From Vicinamibacteria bacterium (GTDB lineage Bacteria; Acidobacteriota; Vicinamibacteria; Marinacidobacterales; Marinacidobacteraceae), in the NCBI GenBank assembly GCA_963555995.3, contig OY821641.1:2592001-2656000 (forward strand): DNA of 64,000 nucleotides, read 5' to 3'. Position numbers and translations under genes: made by a program. Shown piece after piece: positions 35,674 through 45,409 of this stretch (position 1 is the first letter of the stretch; the number at the start of each line of letters is the position of its first letter). The notes beneath the pieces were generated by a model. That model searched no databases and was not told where the DNA came from. It saw nothing but the letters and a program-made list of their open reading frames with translations.

Positions 35674-37653
35674 ATGAGACTGCACCGTTTTCTTGTCGCC
35701 GCAGCGGGACTGGCGTTCGCCGGGGGGCTCGCGTGTTCGGTGGAGGAAGGCGGTTCGCCGGCCGCGTCCGCCGACGAGATCGCCGGGCCGATCGGCGCCG
35801 CCGAACTGGTGGACCTGCGGGCCGCGGTCGGGGGCAGCCGTTCGCCGCAGTGGGCGCCGGACGGGTCCCTGATCACCTTCGTGTCGGCCGGGGGCGACCT
35901 CGCCGGCGTGGACCCCGCGGACGGGTCGTTCCGGGTCCTCACCCCGGACCTGACGCTCAGCGGGGTGGGATCGCTCGGGGCCCCGCAGCCGGTCTGGTCG
36001 CCCGACGGACGTTTCGTCGCCTACACCACCGACCGCGACGGCGCGCCGGACATCTACCTGTGGTCGGCCGAGGACGGCACGGACCGGCGCCTCACCCGGC
36101 TCTCGGCGCGGGCGAACGGGCTCGCCTGGTCTCCCGACGGCCAATGGATCGCGTTCGCGGGCGACCGGTTCGGCAACATGGACATCTGGAAGGTGTCGGT
36201 TCCTGAGGGACAGGTACACCGCCTGACCGGCGACCCGCTCTACGAGGGATATCCGAGCTGGGCTCCGGACTCCGGGGCGCTCTTCTACGTGCGCATGGAC
36301 GACCGCTGGGTGGATCACGACGTGATCGAGGTCACCCCCGACGGCCGGAACCCGCGCACGGTGGTGGAGGACCGCGGCTTCTTCGACTACCGCGCGGGCC
36401 GGGGGTTCGGCGCCGCCCAGCCGTCGCCCGACGGCGAGCACCTGCTCTTCCGCTCGCAGCGGAGCGGCTGGCTGAACTTCTGGATCGCGCCGCGCGCGGG
36501 GGGCGAGCCCCGGCCGCTGGCGGCTTCCGACCACGACCAGAGCGACGCCCGCTGGTCGCCCGACGGCGCCTGGGTCAGCTATACCGAGAACCGGGGCGGC
36601 GTCCATTCGCTGCGGCTGGCGGCGGCCGACGGGTCCGGCGGCCGGACGCTCGTGGAGCGGGAGAACGGAGCGGCGCTCCGTCCCGAGTGGTCACCCGACG
36701 GGACCCGGATCAGCTACACCTTCGAGACCCCGGCGCGTCCCGCGGAACTCTTCGTGCTCGACGTCGCGTCGGGAGAGAGCACGCTGGCGCACAGCGAGAT
36801 CGGCGCGGACGCCGAGCCCCGGGTCCATCTCCCCGAGAAGATCCGCTACCCGAGCACCGACGGCCTCACCATCGAGGCCTACCTGCACCGGCCCCCGGAC
36901 GCCGCTCCCGGCGAACGCTTCCCCGGCGTGGTCTGGATCCACGGCGGACCCACGTCCCAGTTCGACGAGCAGTTCCGGCGGCACCAGCAGGTCCACTTCT
37001 TCGCCCAGCGCGGCTACGTCGTGCTCATGCCGAACATCCGCGGCAGTTCCGGCTACGGCCTCGCCTTCGAGGACCTCAACAACGGCTGCTGGGGACACTG
37101 CGACCTCGAGGACATCCTCGCCGGGGTGGACTACCTGAAGGGCCGCCCCGACGTGGACCCCGACCGGATCGGGGTCACCGGCACCAGCTACGGCGGGATC
37201 ATGACCATGGCGGCGGTCGCCTTCGCCCCGGACGTCTTCCAGGCGGCCATCTCGCTGTCGGGGTACGGCGACATGACCGAGTTCCACTCCACGGTCCACG
37301 AACTCCAGCACATCAAGCTGGTCGAGTACGAACTCGGCCCGTACCCCGAGAACCGGGAGACCTACCGGAACAGCTCCTCCATCCTGAAGGCGCACCAGGT
37401 CACGACCCCGACTTTCGTGATCCAGGGCGAGGGCGTGGCCGCCGGCTGGCGGATGCGCGAGGACCAGCCGCAGGCCGCGCTGAACTTCGCCCGCAAGCTC
37501 GACCAGCACTACAAGATCGTCCGCTACAAGGCGTACCCGAACGAGGGGTACTACGTGTACGGGAGGCAGAACACGATCGACAAGCTCCACGACATGCTCG
37601 ACTTCTTCGAGGAGTTCCTGACCACCGACATCCACTACCCCACCACGGAGTGA
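35674..37653 (+). CDS. S9-family peptidase-like lipoprotein with PD40 propeller (paralogue of 22205-24166)
   Basis: GAGGAGG RBS, GLAC lipobox, WSPDG repeats, HGGP, GTSYGG; triad Asp and His substituted. Confidence 0.9.
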   Translation: MRLHRFLVAAAGLAFAGGLACSVEEGGSPAASADEIAGPIGAAELVDLRAAVGGSRSPQWAPDGSLITFVSAGGDLAGVDPADGSFRVLTPDLTLSGVGSLGAPQPVWSPDGRFVAYTTDRDGAPDIYLWSAEDGTDRRLTRLSARANGLAWSPDGQWIAFAGDRFGNMDIWKVSVPEGQVHRLTGDPLYEGYPSWAPDSGALFYVRMDDRWVDHDVIEVTPDGRNPRTVVEDRGFFDYRAGRGFGAAQPSPDGEHLLFRSQRSGWLNFWIAPRAGGEPRPLAASDHDQSDARWSPDGAWVSYTENRGGVHSLRLAAADGSGGRTLVERENGAALRPEWSPDGTRISYTFETPARPAELFVLDVASGESTLAHSEIGADAEPRVHLPEKIRYPSTDGLTIEAYLHRPPDAAPGERFPGVVWIHGGPTSQFDEQFRRHQQVHFFAQRGYVVLMPNIRGSSGYGLAFEDLNNGCWGHCDLEDILAGVDYLKGRPDVDPDRIGVTGTSYGGIMTMAAVAFAPDVFQAAISLSGYGDMTEFHSTVHELQHIKLVEYELGPYPENRETYRNSSSILKAHQVTTPTFVIQGEGVAAGWRMREDQPQAALNFARKLDQHYKIVRYKAYPNEGYYVYGRQNTIDKLHDMLDFFEEFLTTDIHYPTTE

Positions 37654-37700
37654 ACCCGGGAGTTGACCGGCGACACCGGCCTCCATGGCGACGCGGGCTG

Positions 37701-37857
37701 GGAGCGCCGGTGTTCACACCGGCACGCGCTGCGTAGCAGCGCACGGCACGACACTGATCTCTGCGATGGCTCTCCCCCTCTCGGTACAACATCGCGAACA
37801 GCGACACCGCATCCGCGGGCCTTCGGCCCGCTGTGCCGGTGTGAACACCGGCGCTCC
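37701..37857. repeat. REP doublet (REPIN/MITE-like)
   Basis: ggagcgccggtgttcacaccggca ... tgccggtgtgaacaccggcgctcc; shares internal hairpin gcgggccttcggcccgc with the 5134 and 27195 copies. Confidence 0.85.
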
Positions 37858-37917
37858 CAGCATCTCGCGGCGCGAGCGTCGGCGCTCACCTGGGTGTCAC
37901 CACAGACCGTTCACGTG

Positions 37918-37958
37918 AACCTTGAAAATCAAAAGCCGTGCTTTTGATTTTCAAGGTT
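37918..37958. repeat. Perfect AT-rich inverted repeat (19-bp arms, 3-nt loop) between convergent genes
   Basis: aaccttgaaaatcaaaagc-cgt-gcttttgattttcaaggtt. Confidence 0.85.
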
Positions 37959-38039
37959 GAAGGCGGATCGAGAGGGGGAGTGCACCGTCCCTCATCCCGC
38001 CCGGGCGCGATGGCCGATGCCAGCCGCCCGGCCCTTCGG

Positions 38040-40097
38040 TTACTGCGGTTCGCCGAGGTTGACCGGTTCCGGATCCACCAGCTTCACCGCCCACAGCCCC
38101 GAGTGGTGGTCGGCGACGAAGATGTGGCCCTTGTAGGGCTGCGGCCCCCAGACCATGGGGGCATTGGGGATGAAGCTCTCCGGGTCCTGCGGCCGGAAGA
38201 CCGCGATCTCGCGGCCCTGGCGGTAGAGGTCGCCCCGTAGCTCGCCGGAGATGTCCACCACCCGCAGGCCGCCGTTGTAGTAGCCGATGTAGAGGATGTC
38301 GTCCTCGACCCAGAGGTTGTGGGTCCCGGCCTCGGGCACCTGGTAGCGCGCCACCTCGCGGGCGTCCTCCCACTCGTCCCACTCGTAGATGTGGATCCAG
38401 CCGGCGGCCCGGTCGGGCGTGTCCGGCTCGCCGATCGTCTGGTAGGGGAACGCCTCGTCGCCGCCGATCATCAGGAACTTGCCGGTGGACTGGCTGCGGT
38501 AGGGATAGGCGGCGTGGTTCCAACCGCTCGGGTAGCGGGTCCGCCCCAGTTCGACCGGGTTGTTCGGGGCGCCGCCCCTGCCGCCGCCGCCAACGTCCAC
38601 CGCGACGATCCCATCGTCCCAGTTGGACGAGTAGGCGATCCCGTCCACCACCCAGACGTCGTGGATGGAGTGGCCGGGGGTGTCCAGCTCGAAACGTCCC
38701 ACCCGGTACGGGTTCGTCGGGTCCTCGGCGTTCAGGATGTCGTAGCGGCGTCCCGCCGAGAGCGCGTAGATGTGGTCCTCCGCGATGAAGACGTTGTGGA
38801 CGCCGCCGGTGAGCTGGTCGTCGTAGCGGGCGATCACCTGCACCCCGCTCTGCGGGTCGCTGACGTCCAGGATCACGAGGCCGTTCCGCCGGTTGGAGGC
38901 GCCCTCGCGGCTGATGACGCAGAACTGCGCGTCCTCCGAGACCTTCACGTCGTTCACCGTCCGGGCGTCCACGCGCACCGTGTCAATGAGCGACATCGCC
39001 GCGGGGTCGGTGACGTCCCAGAAGTAGGCGTGGCCGTCGGCGCCCCAGGTGCCGGTGACCGCGTAGTCGCGGCCGTCCGTGCCCTCCCAGACCCAGAGGT
39101 CGGAGGTGTAGCGGTCGCGGACGGGGCCCTGTCCCACGATCTCGACGTCCTTCCGCACCTTCCGGGACGTCACCGCCACGGTGGCGCTGGCCGACGTCGT
39201 GAAGCCGTCGGCGATCACGGTGTGGGTCCCCGAGCGCTCGGCCACGAAGGCGCCGGCGGCGTCCACCTGGCCGATGGCGCCCGGCGCCACGATCCCGTCC
39301 GCCGGCGCCCCGAGGGTCGCGAACTGCACCGGGTAGTCGGGGACCTCGTTCCCGGCGGCGTCGGTCACCTTCGCCTCGAAAAAGACCACGTCGCCGGTGC
39401 GGATCGCCTCCTCGGGCGCCCCGGTGAGCGTGATGGAGGCGACCGGGTTGGCGAGCACTTCGATCTCGGTGTCGCTGGACGCCTCCTCGGCGGAGACGGT
39501 GAGGGTCGTCCGTCCCGCTCCGGTCAGGGCGAGCGTCCCGAGGGAATCCACGCTCGCCACCGACGGGTCCGCGCTGCTCCAGCCCACCTCCACGTCGCTG
39601 CGGACCGCGCCCGAAATGTCGGTGACCGTCGAACGCAGCCCGATCTCGGTGCCGGCGTAGAGGTGGCCGGGCAGGTTGGCGACCTCCACCGTGGCCACCG
39701 GCGGGTTGGGGATGGTCACCGGGATCTCCACCATCACCGCGGGTTCGGCCCGCCGGTCGGTGTCCTCGGGATCCTTCGGGACCATGGCGATCAGGGTGTG
39801 CTCGCCGGGCCGGAAGGCCTCCACGATGCCGGCGGGGTTCACGCCCACCGAGCGGCGGCGGCGCGAGAAGAAGACGACGGTGCGGTCCATGGCGTTGCCG
39901 TCCGCGTCGCGGACCTCGGCCTCGAGGGTGGCCGTCGCCCCCACCTCGAGCGTCAGTTCGCTCGGGGTGATGACGAGTTCGGCGGGCTCGGGGCCGGCGG
40001 TCTCCTCGGCTTCCTCCTGGGCGAACGCCGGAAGGGCGAGGAGGAGAGCGGCGACGGCCGCCACGGGAATCGGTTGAGGGCGGAATGTGCGGGTCAT
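38040..40097 (-). CDS. Secreted Ig-like (Big_2) plus LVIVD-repeat beta-propeller protein
   Basis: Signal peptide, WSSADPSVASVD Ig motif, LVILDVSDP and GGLRVVDIS repeats. Confidence 0.85.
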   Translation of the reverse strand: MTRTFRPQPIPVAAVAALLLALPAFAQEEAEETAGPEPAELVITPSELTLEVGATATLEAEVRDADGNAMDRTVVFFSRRRRSVGVNPAGIVEAFRPGEHTLIAMVPKDPEDTDRRAEPAVMVEIPVTIPNPPVATVEVANLPGHLYAGTEIGLRSTVTDISGAVRSDVEVGWSSADPSVASVDSLGTLALTGAGRTTLTVSAEEASSDTEIEVLANPVASITLTGAPEEAIRTGDVVFFEAKVTDAAGNEVPDYPVQFATLGAPADGIVAPGAIGQVDAAGAFVAERSGTHTVIADGFTTSASATVAVTSRKVRKDVEIVGQGPVRDRYTSDLWVWEGTDGRDYAVTGTWGADGHAYFWDVTDPAAMSLIDTVRVDARTVNDVKVSEDAQFCVISREGASNRRNGLVILDVSDPQSGVQVIARYDDQLTGGVHNVFIAEDHIYALSAGRRYDILNAEDPTNPYRVGRFELDTPGHSIHDVWVVDGIAYSSNWDDGIVAVDVGGGGRGGAPNNPVELGRTRYPSGWNHAAYPYRSQSTGKFLMIGGDEAFPYQTIGEPDTPDRAAGWIHIYEWDEWEDAREVARYQVPEAGTHNLWVEDDILYIGYYNGGLRVVDISGELRGDLYRQGREIAVFRPQDPESFIPNAPMVWGPQPYKGHIFVADHHSGLWAVKLVDPEPVNLGEPQ

Positions 40098-40158
40098 GGA
40101 GCGCGGTCCCTCCGTGCGGGGGAATATACGCCCGCCCGCCGCTACTGCACGTTCGCTT

Positions 40159-40215
40159 CGATTTTTCCACATTTCGTCACGCGGTGGGAAATTTCCGACC
40201 GGAATTGCGTCTATG
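40159..40215 (+). promoter_or_regulatory. Conserved upstream motif copy 2
   Basis: cgatttttccac-N13-gtgggaaatttccgaccggaattgcgtctatg. Confidence 0.65.
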
Positions 40216-40270
40216 TCTTTTGGGGAGGCTTCCGTTCGACGGACGCCCCTTTTCCCCGAAGGAGCTACCG

Positions 40271-40636
40271 ATGCCTCAAAGCGCGCCGCAACCATCCCCG
40301 CGTGAACAAGATACGTCTCGGCGGCGGGGAGAAACCCCGCCTTCCGGCAGGGACGATGCGACACGGAAACCAGCGCCGAACGGCGCTCTGTACCACACCC
40401 TGGTGAAGGCCGGATTCGAGCCTCAGGTGGCCTATACTGCTGAAAGGCGGATACAGGCCATGACTTCGGAGATCGCTGGCGACCGCGTGCAGCCGGTGCT
40501 CGCGGAAATCCGGCAGATTCGGGAGAACATGAAGTCGGATCTGGCTGCCACCGAGACCCGGATCGTCAAGTGGATGTTCGGGGCGCTGATGGCCCAGGGA
40601 GCGTTCATCATCGCCGTCATCAAGCTGCTGGGCTGA
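40271..40636 (+). CDS. Coiled-coil protein with C-terminal TM (CCDC90/DUF1640-like)
   Basis: AAGGAG RBS; LVKAGF.P..A...KSDLAATETRIVKWMFGALMAQGAFIIAVIKLL. Confidence 0.75.
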   Translation: MPQSAPQPSPREQDTSRRRGETPPSGRDDATRKPAPNGALYHTLVKAGFEPQVAYTAERRIQAMTSEIAGDRVQPVLAEIRQIRENMKSDLAATETRIVKWMFGALMAQGAFIIAVIKLLG

Positions 40637-40803
40637 CCTCTGGAGCTGCTTGCGCAGCGGCGCCCGGAGGGACGGAGCGCAGGATCGCCCGCCTGCGGCG
40701 GCCGCGGGCATTTCAGGAGGAGGCTGAAGCGACTCACGGCAGGCGGCCGACCTTCGTCGCCGCAGCGAACTGCACCACCCGCCCGCCGTGAAAACGGCGG
40801 AAA

Positions 40804-41014
40804 CGGCTTGGAGCGCCGGCTTCAGCCGGCACAGCCCGCCAAGGGCGGGCAGCGGGAAGGACCTCACCTGCCGGGATGGCACGAAGGCCGGGAACGCGGG
40901 CCACCAGTTCTTCGGTGGCGCCTCAACTGCCCTCGCGCCATCCGGCCGGCAGCTGTACGTCGTCCCGCTGCGCTTCGCGCAGCAAGTGCCGGCTGAAGCC
41001 GGCGCTCCAAGCCG
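40804..41014. repeat. REP doublet with 29-bp inverted arms
   Basis: cggcttggagcgccggcttcagccggcac / gtgccggctgaagccggcgctccaagccg. Confidence 0.85.
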
Positions 41015-41150
41015 GCGGCGCCCTGAGGGCTGTTGGCGGATCTGCGGGATCCGATTCTCACGGCAACTGGGCCGCGTGCGTTTACCCGCCGACCGCTAAT
41101 ATCTGACCAGACCTTGAGGGCGGCGCGGTTCGACGCGCCGCCGACACACC

Positions 41151-42053
41151 TTGCAGACATTGGCCGGGCGGCCGACCGCCCAGCATCCGGAACTCCGGAG
41201 CCGGTCCGCGCGCGGAGGTGTCGCGCTCGGACTCGCGGGATTGGCGCTGCTCCTGAGTGGGGCTCCGGCTGGCGCCCAGGTCGTCGAGCGGGTGGTGGAC
41301 GGCGACACGATCATCGTGGCGGGCGTCGGGCGCGTGCGGCTGATCGGGGTGGACACCCCGGAAACGGTGGACCCGCGCCGGCCGGTCCAGTTCTTCGGCC
41401 GGGAAGCGAGCGCCTTCGCCAAGCGGCTGCTGGAGGGCAAGCGGGTCCGGCTCGAATTCGATCAGCAGCGCACGGATCGCTACGGGAGGACGCTCGCCTA
41501 CGTCTGGCTGCCCGACGGTCCCATGGCGAACGCCGAGATCATCCGGCTCGGCTTCGGCCACGCCTACACGCGCTTCCCCTTCCGGTACCTCGAAGAGTTT
41601 CGGAAACTCGAACGCGAGGCGCGGCTCGCGGGCCACGGCCTCTGGGGCGCGGACGACTCCGCTCCGGCGGCGGACGCCGACGCATCGGCGGACCGGGCCG
41701 CGGCGTGGGACGACAACCGCAACGGCCGCGTCTCTTGCGCCGAGGCCCGCCGGCACGGCATCGCCCCGGTCCGCCGCGAGCATCCGGCGTACGCGTTCAT
41801 GACCGACCCGGACGGCGACGGCGTGGTGTGCGAAGCCGGCGCGGCAGCGAATCCCGCCGCCCGCGGGGATGCCGCCAGCCGCTGGGACGACAACGGCAAT
41901 GGCCGCGTCTCCTGCGCTGAGGCCCGCCGACACGGCATCGCGCCCGTCCGCCGCGGTCATCCGGCGTACGAGTTCATGACCGACCGGGACGGTGACGGCG
42001 TGGTGTGCGAAGCCGCCGGCCGCCATCGCGACCCCGCGGCAGCGTCCCGGTAG
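41151..42053 (+). CDS. Secreted thermonuclease (SNase) with two Excalibur-like Ca-binding repeats
   Basis: VVDGDT, VRLIGVDTPE, DRYGRTLAYV, GLW; two copies of WDDNxNGRVSCAEARRHGIAPVRRxHPAYxFMTDxDGDGVVCE; start uncertain. Confidence 0.88.
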   Translation: MQTLAGRPTAQHPELRSRSARGGVALGLAGLALLLSGAPAGAQVVERVVDGDTIIVAGVGRVRLIGVDTPETVDPRRPVQFFGREASAFAKRLLEGKRVRLEFDQQRTDRYGRTLAYVWLPDGPMANAEIIRLGFGHAYTRFPFRYLEEFRKLEREARLAGHGLWGADDSAPAADADASADRAAAWDDNRNGRVSCAEARRHGIAPVRREHPAYAFMTDPDGDGVVCEAGAAANPAARGDAASRWDDNGNGRVSCAEARRHGIAPVRRGHPAYEFMTDRDGDGVVCEAAGRHRDPAAASR

Positions 42054-42060
42054 CGTCGGT

Positions 42061-42471
42061 TCAGGCAGCAGGCCGCGGACCGGACCAGTCTTCGCAGGCC
42101 AAACCGTCAACGCGGGCGAACTCGCGGACGTTGGCCGTCACGAGAACCAGGCCGCGGGCGCGCGCCTGGCCGGCGATGAGGATGTCGTAGGGACCGATCG
42201 GGCGTCCGGCGCGCTCCAATCCCGCCCGGACCGCTCCCGCGGACCGCGCGTCCGAGGCGTCGAACGGCACGATTTCCAACCCGATGCTGTCGAGCTGCGC
42301 GAGGTTCCGGTTCTGCCGCCGGCTCTTGAACGCGCCGTAGTAGAGCTCGTAAGCCGCCGGCGCGGGCAGTCCGATGTCGGCGACCCGTTGACGGCGGACG
42401 CGAGCCTCCAACCCGGGATCGCTGCGGTTGAGCAGCGCGATGCAGGCGTTGGTGTCCAGCAGGTACCGCAT
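42061..42471 (-). CDS. vapC: VapC PIN toxin
   Basis: MRYLLDTNACI, ELYYGA, PIGPYDILIAGQA, LVTANVREF. Confidence 0.93.
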   Translation of the reverse strand: MRYLLDTNACIALLNRSDPGLEARVRRQRVADIGLPAPAAYELYYGAFKSRRQNRNLAQLDSIGLEIVPFDASDARSAGAVRAGLERAGRPIGPYDILIAGQARARGLVLVTANVREFARVDGLACEDWSGPRPAA

Positions 42472-42719
42472 CAATCGAACAGCGTGTCCAGTTCGGGGCG
42501 GCTCTGTTCCTCCGGTTGCTGCCGGCCTTCGGCGAGAAAGTCTTCGGAAAACGCGCCGCCGACGGCATCGAGCCACGACCAGTCGTCCGCGATCGGCTCG
42601 AGGATCACCCGGCGCCCCTGACGGCGAATCCGGACTTCCGTCCCGTCCATACGGAACGGCTTCGGCAGGCGCACGGCCTGGGAACGGCCGGACCAGAAGA
42701 GCTTCGCCGTGTGCGTCAT
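42471..42719 (-). CDS. vapB: VapB (AbrB-type) antitoxin
   Basis: TAKLFWSGRSQAVRLPKPFR; TGATG coupling to vapC. Confidence 0.93.
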   Translation of the reverse strand: MTHTAKLFWSGRSQAVRLPKPFRMDGTEVRIRRQGRRVILEPIADDWSWLDAVGGAFSEDFLAEGRQQPEEQSRPELDTLFD

Positions 42720-42736
42720 GACCTTTCCGGCAAGGA

Positions 42737-42757
42737 ATATATCTCATTGAGATATAT
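42737..42757. promoter_or_regulatory. Probable VapBC autoregulatory operator palindrome
   Basis: atatatctca-t-tgagatatat immediately upstream of vapB. Confidence 0.7.
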
Positions 42758-42891
42758 CACGGGCGGGCGTTCCCGATCGGCTGGTTCCTGCGCCGCCGCA
42801 CGATCAGCGAAGCACGGCCCGCCGCTGGTGACGGCGGATTCCGCTCGGCGATGGGGGAGGCGCGACCGACGGGCCGGATAGGATCAGCCCT

Positions 42892-44436
42892 ATGCGGCGG
42901 CGACTGCCCTTGGGGATCCAGAACCTCCGTGAGATTCGGGAGGAGGGCTGCTACTACGTGGACAAGACCCCCTGGATCCGGCAACTCGTGGACCGGGGCA
43001 AGTACTACTTCCTGTCGCGGCCGCGGCGGTTCGGGAAGAGCCTGCTGCTGGACACGATCAAGGAACTCTTCGAGGGGAACGAAGCGCTCTTCCGGGGACT
43101 TGCCATCCACGGCGGCTGGGACTGGTCGGCTCCGGCGCCGGTGGTACGGCTCGACTTCGCGGGGGGCAGCTACGGATCGCCGGAGGACCTGGGGGCCGGG
43201 CTGGCGATCCAGTTCGACCGGCTCGAGGCGGCCTACGGGATCGAGCGCCGTTACGAAAGGCCAGCGGACCGGTTCGGACACCTGATCTGGTCCCTCCACG
43301 AGCGGACCGGTCAGCGCGTCGTGGTGCTGGTGGATGAATACGACAAGCCGATCCTGGACACCCTGGAGACGCCGGAGGTGGCGGTGGCGCACCGGAAGGC
43401 GCTGCGCGGGCTCTACGGGGTCATCAAGGCGAGCGACGCGCACCTGCGGTTCGCCATGCTGACCGGGGTGAGCAAGTTCACCAAGGTGAGCCTGTTCTCG
43501 GAGTTGAACAACCTGACGGACATCACGCTGGACCGGCGTTACGGGGCGCTCTGCGGCTACACCGAAGAGGATCTCGACACGGTGTTCGCGCCGGAACTCG
43601 CGGATCTCGACCGGGAACTCGTAAGGGATTGGTACAACGGCTATTCGTGGGGCGGACCGGACCGGGTGTACAACCCCTACGGGCTGCTGCGGCTGTTCGA
43701 CAGCCGGAAGTTCTCGGGCCACTGGTTCGAGTCGGGGACGCCGAAGTTCCTCGTGGAGACGCTGGTCGGGCGTGGAGTGTCTTCGGTGTCGCTCGACGGG
43801 ACGCTGACCACGGAATCGCTGCTGTCGGTGTTCGACGTGGAGGAGATCGGGACGGAGGCGCTGCTGTTCCAGACGGGCTACCTGACGATCGCGACCGAGG
43901 AGGTGCGCGCGCGGGGGACCGCCTACCGGCTCGGGTATCCGAACCGGGAGGTGCGGCAGGGCCTGAACGAGCACCTGCTCGCGGGCCTGGTGCGGAATCC
44001 GCCGAGACAGCAGGCGAACAGCTACCGGCTCGAAACGCTGCTGGAGGCCCACGACTGCGCCGGCCTGAAGGAGCTGTTCCACTCCTTCTTCGCCAGCATT
44101 CCCTATGAGTGGTACACGCGGAACGACATCGCCCGCTACGAGGGGTACTACGCGAGCGTGTTCTATTCCTACTTCGCGGCGCTGGGGTACGACGTCACGG
44201 TGGAGGATTCGAGCAACCAGGGCCGGCTGGACATGGCGGTGCAGGCCGGGGGCCGCACGTACCTATTCGAGTTCAAGGTCCGGGAAGCGACGGCGCCGGG
44301 ATCGGCGCTCGCCCAGCTACGGGACCGCGACTACGCCGCGAAGTATCGGAGCCGGGGCGAGCCGATCCACCTCGTGGGCGTGGAGTTCAGCAGCGAGACA
44401 CGGAACATCACGGCATTCGAAGTCGCGGACGCCTGA
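42892..44436 (+). CDS. AAA-ATPase-like plus PD-(D/E)xK (PDDEXK_9) protein
   Basis: LPLGIQ, YYVDKT, SRPRRFGKSL, LVDEYDKP, WYNGY, GRLDM...LFEFK. Confidence 0.93.
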   Translation: MRRRLPLGIQNLREIREEGCYYVDKTPWIRQLVDRGKYYFLSRPRRFGKSLLLDTIKELFEGNEALFRGLAIHGGWDWSAPAPVVRLDFAGGSYGSPEDLGAGLAIQFDRLEAAYGIERRYERPADRFGHLIWSLHERTGQRVVVLVDEYDKPILDTLETPEVAVAHRKALRGLYGVIKASDAHLRFAMLTGVSKFTKVSLFSELNNLTDITLDRRYGALCGYTEEDLDTVFAPELADLDRELVRDWYNGYSWGGPDRVYNPYGLLRLFDSRKFSGHWFESGTPKFLVETLVGRGVSSVSLDGTLTTESLLSVFDVEEIGTEALLFQTGYLTIATEEVRARGTAYRLGYPNREVRQGLNEHLLAGLVRNPPRQQANSYRLETLLEAHDCAGLKELFHSFFASIPYEWYTRNDIARYEGYYASVFYSYFAALGYDVTVEDSSNQGRLDMAVQAGGRTYLFEFKVREATAPGSALAQLRDRDYAAKYRSRGEPIHLVGVEFSSETRNITAFEVADA

Positions 44437-44540
44437 TCAACAGCGTCCAGACCTCACCTTCCGCGAGTGAGCCCCCGGAAGCGGGTTGCGCCCATCCGGT
44501 GGCTTCCGGCGGCAACCGGCCTGATTGACGTGAGATTCCC

Positions 44541-44939
44541 TCAAAGCAGCCGCGCGCCGGGAAGCGAAGCCATCCGGCGGTCCAGAGTCAGGGTTTCCAG
44601 TGCGCCCTCGGCATAGTCGTCGGCGATGAGCCGGTCCATCAGGCCGGGGGATGCGGGGGCTTCGATCATGGCGAGCACGCGCCGTCCGTTACGCGGGGTG
44701 ACCAGTCCGCTCCGGAACACCTCCAGCAGCGCGGCGCGCGCATCGGCGCGCGACACGCCGTAGTGGTGCTGCACGGCGATGTACGCCTCGCCGATGACCT
44801 GATTCGAAGCCAGGATTACCGCGTCCTCCGCCTCGATCAGGTCGCGTAGCGCATCCCGGCACCGGTTGAACTCCGCCGGAGGGTCGCCGGTCAGGAGCCG
44901 GACGAATACGGACGTGTCAATCCCGAAGCGACGGGTCAT
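44541..44939 (-). CDS. PIN-domain toxin
   Basis: GIDTSVFVRLLTGD, VIGEAY, MDRLIA, TLTLDRR. Confidence 0.85.
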   Translation of the reverse strand: MTRRFGIDTSVFVRLLTGDPPAEFNRCRDALRDLIEAEDAVILASNQVIGEAYIAVQHHYGVSRADARAALLEVFRSGLVTPRNGRRVLAMIEAPASPGLMDRLIADDYAEGALETLTLDRRMASLPGARLL

Positions 44940-45159
44940 GGGGTTGTTCGCGGAAGGCGTCCATGTCGAAGGTCCCCTGCCCACGCTTCAGTTTGCTCCG
45001 GAGCGGGGCCAGCCGGTCCGGGTCAATGCGCCGGGGGCAGAGGAGGAAACCTTCGGGGGTCTCTTCGAGCAGGAGCCGGTCACCCGGCTGCGCGCCCAGG
45101 GCGTCGAGCACCCGCGCTGGAAAGGTGACCTGGCGTTTTGACGTGACTTTCACCAGCAT
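44917..45159 (-). CDS. AbrB/MazE-family antitoxin
   Basis: VKVTSKRQVTFPARVLDALGAQPGD; AAGGAG RBS. Confidence 0.88.
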   Translation of the reverse strand: MLVKVTSKRQVTFPARVLDALGAQPGDRLLLEETPEGFLLCPRRIDPDRLAPLRSKLKRGQGTFDMDAFREQPHDPSLRD

Positions 45160-45315
45160 CGAGATCACTCCTTACCCAGAATCTATCAGGGTAAGGCGCC
45201 CTCGAGGAGCCACGCGGTGCGTTTCGCCGAGCGATCCCGAACAGGGGTCCAATCGTCAGGGGACATGCAGCGACGTTCAGCGACCTCTCGGCAACACCTG
45301 ATCAACCAGGGATCA

Positions 45316-45385
45316 ATTGAAAAAACTACGTTTTTTCAATGACTTATGCGTGGTTCGTTCTCTTATATCGTTTTTCGATCAAATA
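45316..45385. repeat. AT-rich site: 11-bp palindrome, caatgactta block and tcttatatcg..tttcgatcaaata block
   Basis: Both blocks recur at 47006-47058 on the other side of the Schlafen-ATPase gene. Confidence 0.75.
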
Positions 45386-45409
45386 TGAGAGGTGACCGCG
45401 GGTCAACCG

